Source of the DNA: a virus | Lineage: Duplodnaviria > Caudoviricetes | Direction: 5' to 3' (one strand) | Virus record (IMG/VR): IMGVR_UViG_3300030392_000170 | Span: 1 to 36,097 of that record | DNA length: 36,097 nucleotides | Part shown: one piece after another, positions 1 to 7,291 of the stretch | Layout: every line of letters starts with the position of its first letter | How positions within the stretch are numbered: the stretch's first letter is position 1 | Program-made: the position numbers and the translations under genes | The notes under the pieces: generated by a model | What the model saw: the letters and a program-made list of their open reading frames with translations, nothing else | Told to the model about the DNA's origin: nothing | The model's database searches: none

Positions 1-48
1 TGTTTTTTTAGTATCTTTACAATATTATAAATCATTAAAAAAAAAGAA
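1..48 (+). repeat. 48-bp exact copy of 35804-35851 (early promoter -7 region); left anchor of the allelic early locus
   Basis: TGTTTTTTTAGTATCTTTACAATATTATAAATCATTAAAAAAAAAGAA occurs at 1-48 and 35804-35851, then the two copies diverge. Confidence 0.95.
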
Positions 49-127
49 ATAGGTTCTTTATCTTTATTCATCTTTACAATTTACGCAGCAATACAATAAC
101 ATTAATAACTAACTAAAAAATAAAACT

Positions 128-388
128 ATGAAAGCAAAATACAAAATTGGAACAAAAATAAATTGTTATGATTATTGGAACACCTTTAAGGGAACAATAA
201 GAGGAACAGGCGTTATTGGATGGTGTAATGTAGATGGAATAATAAAGCCAAGATATATCTATTTAATAGAGGGCGTTTGGGATAAGGAAAAAAATAAAAC
301 ATGGTTTGAAGTAGATGTAAAAATTTTAGATGATGTGGATGATGATGATATTACAATTTTTCTAACTAAAGATTTTATAAATAACTAA
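128..388 (+). CDS. Hypothetical early protein, 86 aa, present only in the left-end allele
   Basis: ATG behind an A/C-rich leader (TAACTAACTAAAAAATAAAACTATG); beta-rich small protein, possibly SH3-like; no family recognised. Confidence 0.7.
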   Translation: MKAKYKIGTKINCYDYWNTFKGTIRGTGVIGWCNVDGIIKPRYIYLIEGVWDKEKNKTWFEVDVKILDDVDDDDITIFLTKDFINN

Positions 389-405
389 CTAAAAAACTAA
401 AAAAC

Positions 406-702
406 ATGAAAAATTTATTAAACAAGACAATTTTAAGAAATTTACAAGACTACAAAATTACACACAGAACAACGGGAGATGTCATTTATTTGCCTACTTC
501 CGAATTACAAACTTTCATTCGAGAAAAATACAGAAATAATTGGAAAAGCAACGGCAAAATAAAAAGTAAAATAATAAATTACAAATTTTCAAGCCCAGAA
601 CAAAGGAAAGCGGCAAAGATTTGTAATATTTGCGACTATATAGCTGTTTCATGTGCTTTAATAGGTATTACTATTGTTTCTTACCATTTTATTACTCTTT
701 AA
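406..702 (+). CDS. Early protein with C-terminal hydrophobic/TM segment (allele A)
   Basis: Leader TAACTAACTAAAAAACTAAAAAACATG; C-terminal YIAVSCALIGITIVSYHFITL; a diverged homolog at 35853-36097 supports coding. Confidence 0.85.
   Translation: MKNLLNKTILRNLQDYKITHRTTGDVIYLPTSELQTFIREKYRNNWKSNGKIKSKIINYKFSSPEQRKAAKICNICDYIAVSCALIGITIVSYHFITL
607..683 (+). repeat. 77-bp exact copy of the last 77 bp of the window (36021-36097)
   Basis: AAAGCGGCAAAGATTTG...ATTGTTTCTTA is identical at both places. Confidence 0.95.
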
Positions 703-727
703 TATAAAACCCTTAAAAACTAAAAAA

Positions 728-2017
728 ATGGAAAAAATAAAAACATATTCAGAAAGCCAAGATTTTAGAGATATTCTTCATAAAATGCTAACACAAATCG
801 AAAAGTTAGGAATAAAACAAAATAATAAATTTAATGTATGTTTGAAGCGAACAGCAAACGCAGTGATTGATAATATTAAAGTTAGTTACATAAAAGAAGA
901 TAAAATTAAAAGCTTAGAGAAGCACGCAAATGTTAAATTAAGATTAAGACCAACAGCAGAACAAAGAGAAAAATATTTTACAGCCTGTAGTATAACGAAA
1001 TTTGCGAACAACTTTTTTATTAAAGATAATATTACAGCCTGCCAGTTAGAAGATTTTAATATAATGGTAAAACGGGCAACAGAAGCGGCTAACGCTCTTC
1101 TTCCTAAACATTTATTTGTTTTAGACGCTAAACATATCCCAACTATTTACAGCCTAAAAAATAAAGATAAAGAAAGCGTTTTTAATTTAGGAACTACAAA
1201 AGAAAGTAATAATGTTAGTATAAGTGTAGATGGCTCATGTATGCAAGGAAAGCCAAAAAATTGGTTTGATATATACAACGATATTAACACAGATGAAGCA
1301 ACCTTAAAAATTGCTTTGTTAGTCCAACATAATGAGATAATTGCCCGCTCTTTAATATGGTTAGATATACCTACAGAAGATATTGATAGGCGTAAGAAGA
1401 TACACCCAAACAAAATGTTTATAGATAGAATCTACACCAAGACGCAAGACCATAGAGAAGCAACGCAAATACAATTAATTAACGATATTCATAACTATTA
1501 CAATGTTAATAGATTACCAGACAACGAAGAAAGTAACTGTTATAATATTGCCTTTGCAAACTCTTATAATTGGCACGATATTAAACAAGGAATGGCAAAA
1601 TGGTTGAGTAAAGATTGCGAAGATACTGACTACATTAAAAGCGACAATATAAAATGTAAACGTTATCCTTCCTTTAGTGTTGAAACATTAAGCCGCTACT
1701 ATTCCTATTATCCTTATTGCGATACCTTCCAATTTTTTGACAGTGATTGTAGTAATTTGTCTTGTGAAGAAGATTGCGGCGCGATACGATTAGATGGCAC
1801 AGGCGGCGAAGCTACAGAACAACAAAGCGAATGCGAACAATGCGGCGATAGATATGACAGCGAAGAAGATGGCGCATACATTGATACATCCGACATGAGT
1901 GTTTGCAGTGATTGCGCGACTTATTGCGATGAACGACAAGAATATATTTTGACTGATGAAGCTGTTTACAACAATTATTCTGGCTGTTATCATTGGAGCG
2001 ATGACTTAGATTTCTAA
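728..2017 (+). CDS. Early protein with SCM/ARSLIW/DRIY/YPYCDT motifs and Cys-rich zinc-finger-like C-terminus (tentatively PcfJ/GNAT-like)
   Basis: ORF track 674-2017; better ATG at 728 behind AACCCTTAAAAACTAAAAAAATG; motifs SCMQGK, ARSLIW, FIDRIY, YPYCDTF; CEQC and CSDC pairs. Confidence 0.6.
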   Translation: MEKIKTYSESQDFRDILHKMLTQIEKLGIKQNNKFNVCLKRTANAVIDNIKVSYIKEDKIKSLEKHANVKLRLRPTAEQREKYFTACSITKFANNFFIKDNITACQLEDFNIMVKRATEAANALLPKHLFVLDAKHIPTIYSLKNKDKESVFNLGTTKESNNVSISVDGSCMQGKPKNWFDIYNDINTDEATLKIALLVQHNEIIARSLIWLDIPTEDIDRRKKIHPNKMFIDRIYTKTQDHREATQIQLINDIHNYYNVNRLPDNEESNCYNIAFANSYNWHDIKQGMAKWLSKDCEDTDYIKSDNIKCKRYPSFSVETLSRYYSYYPYCDTFQFFDSDCSNLSCEEDCGAIRLDGTGGEATEQQSECEQCGDRYDSEEDGAYIDTSDMSVCSDCATYCDERQEYILTDEAVYNNYSGCYHWSDDLDF

Positions 2018-2052
2018 GAAAATAAACCCGAATATTAACTAAATAATTACCT

Positions 2053-2146
2053 ATGAAAAAACTATTTTAACAGCTTTAACACAGAAAGCGCAAGCATAAA
2101 ATTTATTGTGATAGTTTGCTTTTTATTTCTTGCAATGTGTAGCTAA
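2053..2146 (+). pseudogene. Possible frameshifted 30-aa membrane peptide
   Basis: ATG followed by A6 gives MKKLF-stop; with A5 it reads MKNYFNSFNTESASIKFIVIVCFLFLAMCS-stop. Confidence 0.3.
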
Positions 2147-2439
2147 TAAATAATTTGAGAAGATTAGTAAAGAAATTATAAGAAACATATTAAAAAGATA
2201 GCGTTTTTTCTTTGGATTTGCCAAACAAAACGACAAAAAAACTAAAAAAGTTTAATATTTTCTTTACTTTTCTTCCAAATTGTTAAAAAAAGGTAGGATT
2301 TTTGGGGATTTTGGGGAGATTTTTACAAATTCCGTCAAATTTGGAGTCCGACTTTCTTAAGGGTCTACACATGCAAATCAAATTTTGAATTTCAATTTTA
2401 TATTGATTTACTTCAGATAATTAGGGAGTTTTCTGGGAG

Positions 2440-2461
2440 ATACAAATGTAATACAAATGTA
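2440..2461 (+). repeat. Tandem 11-mer ATACAAATGTA x2 in the non-coding region upstream of TerS
   Basis: Direct reading; further CAAAT words occur at 2274-2385. Confidence 0.7.
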
Positions 2462-2520
2462 AGCACAAGTTAGGGGAATGGAATTTAACATCTACGAAAA
2501 ATATAGAAAAAAGGTAATTA

Positions 2521-2580
2521 AGGGGTATTAAATACCCTTATAGATAAAGAACAATATAAAGTAAAAGATAAAGCTAAAGT
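2521..2580 (+). promoter_or_regulatory. Origin-like element 1: GGGTAT-N3-ATACCC palindrome plus 6-nt periodic purine tract
   Basis: GGGTATTAAATACCC at 2523-2537 followed by GATAAAGAACAATATAAAGTAAAAGATAAAGCTAAAG; same layout at 27385-27480. Confidence 0.5.
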
Positions 2581-2593
2581 GTATTTTATAATA

Positions 2594-2638
2594 TTTCTAC
2601 AAATTTCGTTATTGGTATTATTTTATTTTGTTTATTTG
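2594..2638 (+). promoter_or_regulatory. Putative late promoter 1 (degenerate)
   Basis: TTTCTACAAATTTCGT-N21-TTTATTTG; same spacing as the motifs at 4540 and 17847. Confidence 0.5.
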
Positions 2639-2657
2639 TAATATTAAATATAAGATT

Positions 2658-3101
2658 ATGAAAGATAAAGAAAAAGAGGAATTAAGAAGAAGATTAAGAT
2701 TAGATAGCAGTATAGATGATATGGAGAAGAATATCAAGGAAAATGTTAAAGGGGAAAAAGTTATTAAACCCCCAACAAGAAAATTACCTCCCCTTACTAA
2801 AGAGATAGAGGACATTAAACCGACAAGGGGAAAAGCTAAAACTACTGCGATGAGTAGAAATGCTTTAGCTTGGGCTTTAGAGGGACATTCAACGAAAATC
2901 AAAATAGCTTTGGAAAAATTATTTGATAAAGACCCTGAAGCATATATAAACGCTGTTGCTAAATTAATGAACTATACTGTTCCCAAACTCTCATCTTCTG
3001 AGATTACAGATAATACTTCAAAAAGAATAAAAGTTGATTTTAATGATGATATATCTGTTGAGGAGTTGAGAAAAAGATTAGATGAGTACAACGAAGAATA
3101 A
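2658..3101 (+). CDS. terS: Terminase small subunit (putative)
   Basis: Immediately upstream of and overlapping TerL; about 147 aa, helical, DPEAYINAVAKLMNYTVPK segment; ATG at 2658 preferred over TTG 2628. Confidence 0.65.
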   Translation: MKDKEKEELRRRLRLDSSIDDMEKNIKENVKGEKVIKPPTRKLPPLTKEIEDIKPTRGKAKTTAMSRNALAWALEGHSTKIKIALEKLFDKDPEAYINAVAKLMNYTVPKLSSSEITDNTSKRIKVDFNDDISVEELRKRLDEYNEE

Positions 3102-4539
3102 TGATGACATTATAAAGTTTGCTATTGAGCAAAAATTATGTGAGATGTCTTTTTATGAATTTTTTAAGAGGTCTTGGCATATTGTAGAGCCCGCTGTTCC
3201 CCTATCAACTAATTGGCATCATAAATATTTATGTAATTTATTACAAGAGGAAGCTGAAAGAATAACTGAGGGAAAACCAAAAAAGAAAGACATTATTGTT
3301 AATGTTCCTTTTCGTTCAACTAAATCTTTAATCGTTACAGTATTATTTCCTGTTTGGTGTTGGATAAATGACCCTAAACTCAGATTCATTACTGCTTCTT
3401 ATTCTGCTGACCTATCTATAGAACATGCAACAAAAAGTAGAGATGTTATTCAGAGTGATTGGTATAGAGAAAGATGGGGAGATATATTTCATATTAAGAA
3501 AGACCAAAACTTAAAAGCTAGATACGAAAATAATTATATGGGAATGAGAAGAGCTACATCTGTTGGTGGTACTATAACAGGACAGGGAGCAGATTTCTTA
3601 ATTATTGATGACCCTGTATCTCCTAAAAACGCCGCTTCTGAAGTTGAAAGAGAAAATGCTAACGAATGGTACAGAACAACATTTTATTCAAGATTAAATA
3701 ACCCCTTAACAGGAGTTCGTATAATTATCATGCAAAGAATACACGAAAACGATTTAAGTGGATATTTAGTAGATGGTATAAACACAAGATTAAAATATAA
3801 ACACATTTGCATACCAGCAGAATTATCAGATGATGTAAAGCCCGCTTCTTTAAGAGAATATTATGATGAAGATAATTTATTTTGGACTGATAGATTTAGT
3901 AGAGCTATTTTACAAGATTATAAAGAGGCGTTGGGTACTTATGGATATGCGGGACAGTTAATGCAAACCCCCGCTCCCTTAAATTCAGGATTGATAAAGG
4001 GAAGTTGGTTTAAGATAGATGAGTATTCTAAAAAAAATAATGGGGTAAAAGTGAATTTTATAATAGACCCAGCATATACTGAAAATCAAAAGAACGACCC
4101 CTCAGCATTATTAGCTTATATTTATTTAGATAATAAATGGCAGATTATTAATTGTGTAAATGTTCATAAAAATTTTCCAGACTTAATTAGATTTATTCCT
4201 CAATGGGTACAGATGAATGGATATACTAACAGCAGTAGAATATATGTAGAGCCAAAAGCGTCTGGTAAGTCAATAGTTCAGACTCTAAAAAGAGAAACAG
4301 GACTAAATGTTAGAGAAGATAAACCTCCAACTAAAGATAAAGTAGCTAGAGTACAAGATATAAGCGCAAGTTTAGAATCTGAGAGAGTAAGTTTGTTGAA
4401 AGGGGAGTGGAATGAAGAATTTATACAACAATGCGTAAAATTTCCATCAGCACGACATGATGACATGGTAGACTGTCTTGTGATGGCGGTAAATAGAGAG
4501 ATATGGTCTAATGCAGGGAAAATAGTTTACTTTTCTTGA
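3082..4539 (+). CDS. terL: Terminase large subunit
   Basis: NWHH adenine-binding region, Walker A variant IVNVPFRSTKS, Walker B LIIDDP, IMQRIHEND, nuclease motifs IIDPA and HDDMVD. Confidence 0.95.
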   Translation: MSTTKNNDDIIKFAIEQKLCEMSFYEFFKRSWHIVEPAVPLSTNWHHKYLCNLLQEEAERITEGKPKKKDIIVNVPFRSTKSLIVTVLFPVWCWINDPKLRFITASYSADLSIEHATKSRDVIQSDWYRERWGDIFHIKKDQNLKARYENNYMGMRRATSVGGTITGQGADFLIIDDPVSPKNAASEVERENANEWYRTTFYSRLNNPLTGVRIIIMQRIHENDLSGYLVDGINTRLKYKHICIPAELSDDVKPASLREYYDEDNLFWTDRFSRAILQDYKEALGTYGYAGQLMQTPAPLNSGLIKGSWFKIDEYSKKNNGVKVNFIIDPAYTENQKNDPSALLAYIYLDNKWQIINCVNVHKNFPDLIRFIPQWVQMNGYTNSSRIYVEPKASGKSIVQTLKRETGLNVREDKPPTKDKVARVQDISASLESERVSLLKGEWNEEFIQQCVKFPSARHDDMVDCLVMAVNREIWSNAGKIVYFS

Positions 4540-4584
4540 TTTCCATTTTTTTCGTGGGTTGTATTATTTAATATAGTATTTTTG
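4540..4584 (+). promoter_or_regulatory. Putative late promoter 2 (tail operon)
   Basis: TTTCCATTTTTTTCGT (4540-4555)-N21-TATTTTTG (4577-4584, Bacteroidetes -7 box). Confidence 0.7.
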
Positions 4585-4602
4585 TAAAAAATTTTACCTA
4601 AA

Positions 4603-5010
4603 ATGACTGAAATTGTCTGCGATAACATAAAACACAAAAAAATATTGGATAAATACATCCATAGTGTGAAGGCAGCTATTTATTACATAACTGAGGATGA
4701 AACTGTTGGTAAATTTGGGAACTTCAATGATGTTTTAGATATGATAATATCTTATTCTAATGAATTTAGAGAGGACCATAAACATCAAGATTCTTTAATG
4801 TTAGAATGGAGATATATGATTCCAAACTTAGTAGTGTTTTCGGCGGTTGGATTTTTAGCTGGTATAGATAGAGATTATTTGAGAAAAGATATTAGTAGAA
4901 TGAAAAAAAATTTATTTAGGAAAACTTCACAAATAATTGGGGAGACATACGATATATACGCTGAAGATAGAATTAATAGTGAATTTAAAGTAAAATTAAA
5001 AGAAATATAA
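4603..5010 (+). CDS. Hypothetical protein, 135 aa
   Basis: ORF directly behind late promoter 2; stop overlaps the next start (TAATG). Confidence 0.75.
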   Translation: MTEIVCDNIKHKKILDKYIHSVKAAIYYITEDETVGKFGNFNDVLDMIISYSNEFREDHKHQDSLMLEWRYMIPNLVVFSAVGFLAGIDRDYLRKDISRMKKNLFRKTSQIIGETYDIYAEDRINSEFKVKLKEI

Positions 5011-5672
5011 TGGTAACATTAGATATTGATGGTAAAAAATATGAAGTTCCAACAGAATGGAAGGACATTACATTAGAGTATTGGTGCGGTTGGTTTGATA
5101 TAATAAAAAGCCATGAGCAAAAACATAAAGCTAAATTAAAAGAAGGGGAGTTTGATGAAGAAAAACCTTTTGATAAAATAAGTACCGTTGAAATGTTAAA
5201 GATGAATACTGATATTTTTCAGTATATAACAAAAATTGATGATGATACTCTACAAATATGTGATGTAGATAGCATAAGCAGAGCTATGGAGCTTATTGGT
5301 AAGGTAACAGAAGAATATAAACCAGAGGGAGTAGATGGATTTATGTTTAACGAAGAAAAATACTTTTTCCCTAAAGAAGCTATGTTTGATAACACTTTTG
5401 GAGATTATATTGAATCTACACAGCTAGATATGACTATTGACAGCATGAAGCATGGAATATTTGATGTGTTACCAGAGCAAATGGCAATTTTATGTAGGAG
5501 AGCGGGAGAGGAATATGATGAAGATAATATAGATAAAAAAACAGAAAGATTTAAGTTACTTACAATGGATGTTATTTGGGAGTTCAGTTTTTTTTTAAGC
5601 ATACAAAATCTGAAATTGACAAATCATTTCCAAATATCTTCGGTGCTAAAAGAACTCCAACAGGTGGAGTAA
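5010..5672 (+). CDS. Tail assembly chaperone (gpG-like)
   Basis: VPTEWKDITL N-terminus, TFGDYIE, FSFFL encoded over a T9 slippery run; overlapping -1 frame ORF. Confidence 0.75.
   Translation: MVTLDIDGKKYEVPTEWKDITLEYWCGWFDIIKSHEQKHKAKLKEGEFDEEKPFDKISTVEMLKMNTDIFQYITKIDDDTLQICDVDSISRAMELIGKVTEEYKPEGVDGFMFNEEKYFFPKEAMFDNTFGDYIESTQLDMTIDSMKHGIFDVLPEQMAILCRRAGEEYDEDNIDKKTERFKLLTMDVIWEFSFFLSIQNLKLTNHFQISSVLKELQQVE
5586..5600 (+). promoter_or_regulatory. -1 programmed ribosomal frameshift slippery site
   Basis: AGT TTT TTT TTA AGC (T9 at 5588-5596) fits X XXY YYZ; the -1 frame stays open to 5899. Confidence 0.8.
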
Positions 5673-5899
5673 GGACAGAGGGAGAGTATAAAAAATTTAT
5701 TAAACCTTATGGTTGGTTAAATAGTTTATATGGCATATCAGAGAAGGGAGTATTTACAGAAGGGGATAAAAATAGTATAGATTCAGTGAAAAATGCTAAT
5801 TTATACAAAGTGTTAACATATATGAGTTGGCAAACAGCTGTTAAAGATTTTGAATCTGCAGTTAATGATAAAATTAGGAATCCAAATAAAATAGCATGA
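5588..5899 (+). CDS. Tail assembly chaperone frameshift extension (gpT-like part of gpGT)
   Basis: -1 frame relative to 5010; no good independent start; FPNIFG...YGWLNSLY...LYKVLTYM. Confidence 0.7.
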   Translation, partial: FFFKHTKSEIDKSFPNIFGAKRTPTGGVRTEGEYKKFIKPYGWLNSLYGISEKGVFTEGDKNSIDSVKNANLYKVLTYMSWQTAVKDFESAVNDKIRNPNKIA

Positions 5900-6060
5900 T
5901 AATATCAGAAGAAGATAAGAAAAAGTTAAAAGAATACCTGAAGTGGTTAGAAATTCAGGAAGATAAAAAGAATGGCATGATTGGCAATAAAATCCATTTA
6001 AATAAAAAGAAATATAACAGAAAAAATAAACATAAAGAAATATGGCTATCACAAGACTAA
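5896..6060 (+). CDS. Small basic protein, 54 aa (not in ORF track)
   Basis: MIISEEDKKKLKEYLKWLEIQEDKKNGMIGNKIHLNKKKYNRKNKHKEIWLSQD; ATGA overlap with the upstream stop; fills the gap to 6042. Confidence 0.65.
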   Translation: MIISEEDKKKLKEYLKWLEIQEDKKNGMIGNKIHLNKKKYNRKNKHKEIWLSQD

Positions 6061-7289
6061 CAGATTTCATAACAGTAGCTACAAATAAATGGACTTATGG
6101 AGATAGTGCCTTCAAATATGAGGGAGAAGTAAATCAAAACCACGATACTGTATATCCCCTAATGGTTATAGAGCCGCCTTCATCTAGGATGCCTGATATT
6201 TATGAGGGGTGGGAGCATTACCAGATGGAAATAGAATTTTACAACACTTACCAAACAGCTACATCAGACGCTATAACCCTACAACAAAGATGGGATAAAC
6301 TACAAGATTTAGCGTTAGAATGGTTAGATAATGTTTTAATAAATTATTCGGGAGGAGTTATTACTAATCCCTCTACTAATCAATCTCCTACTCCAACCCA
6401 AGTTTATATAGATAAAGAGACATTACAGATAGAGAGAATAAAGAATAATAAGAACGATAAGTTATGCAGGATAACAATGAGGTTTGATATGAGAATGTTT
6501 ACAAGATGTTTTACTCCACAATCTTTTTATCCTAATACTGTACCTGATTTAGTGGTATGGTTGAGAGCTGATAGTAATGCAACCTATAGCATACCCACTA
6601 AAAAACTATCTGCTTGGGGGGATTGTTCAGGGCAGGGGAATGATGTATCTCAATCAGACACAACGAAACAACCTCTAAGATATGGTTTTGACAAAGATGT
6701 TATAAACGGAGGCTTTGATGAGTCTCCAAGAATTAATTTTCCTGCAACAGTAGGAGGACCTCAGCCAGAATATCATCTTGTGTCTGATAATAACGCTCCA
6801 ATTACAGGAAATGATTTTACTATTTTTACTACTACAAATTTAGTGATAAATTTAGTTGTGCCACTCAGAAGTATTTATGGATATACAGATACCGCTAGTG
6901 GAGCTAAAATGGAAATAGGTCAAGGTGTTGGCTCTGATTTTGAATCAAAGGTAACAGATGGTTCTGGAAATACTATTACTGCAACAACAGGAGCGGCAAA
7001 CCTACTACTAGATTGTCTGATGGTATCTAAATTAGATGGAGACACTTTGTCTGTGCAAGCTTGGGATTCTGCAGGAGAGCATGCTGCTGCTTCTGCTACT
7101 ACTGCTGGTTTTGATGCTACAGGAGAGTTTGATGATACTAATTTTAGTATTGGAGGGTTACTTGGAGCGGCTACCAATAATTGGGTAGAGATGGAAACTC
7201 CTGAGATTCTTGTTTATAATAGAGCGTTAAGCTCATCAGAAATATCTCAGGTTATAGATTACTTAAATAACAAATATAAAATTTATTAA
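6042..7289 (+). CDS. Tail terminator-like N-terminal domain fused to a LamG/concanavalin A-like domain
   Basis: N-terminal ~155 aa with YPLMVIEP; C-terminal LVVWLRADS...WGDCSGQGND and EILVYNRALSSSEISQVIDYLNNKY. Confidence 0.6.
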   Translation: MAITRLTDFITVATNKWTYGDSAFKYEGEVNQNHDTVYPLMVIEPPSSRMPDIYEGWEHYQMEIEFYNTYQTATSDAITLQQRWDKLQDLALEWLDNVLINYSGGVITNPSTNQSPTPTQVYIDKETLQIERIKNNKNDKLCRITMRFDMRMFTRCFTPQSFYPNTVPDLVVWLRADSNATYSIPTKKLSAWGDCSGQGNDVSQSDTTKQPLRYGFDKDVINGGFDESPRINFPATVGGPQPEYHLVSDNNAPITGNDFTIFTTTNLVINLVVPLRSIYGYTDTASGAKMEIGQGVGSDFESKVTDGSGNTITATTGAANLLLDCLMVSKLDGDTLSVQAWDSAGEHAAASATTAGFDATGEFDDTNFSIGGLLGAATNNWVEMETPEILVYNRALSSSEISQVIDYLNNKYKIY

Positions 7290-7291
7290 AT

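Noticed and set aside
1-683. Simple direct terminal repeat
   Set aside because: Only 48-bp and 77-bp anchors match the right end and the sequence between them differs; 77 bp matches a typical assembly k-mer
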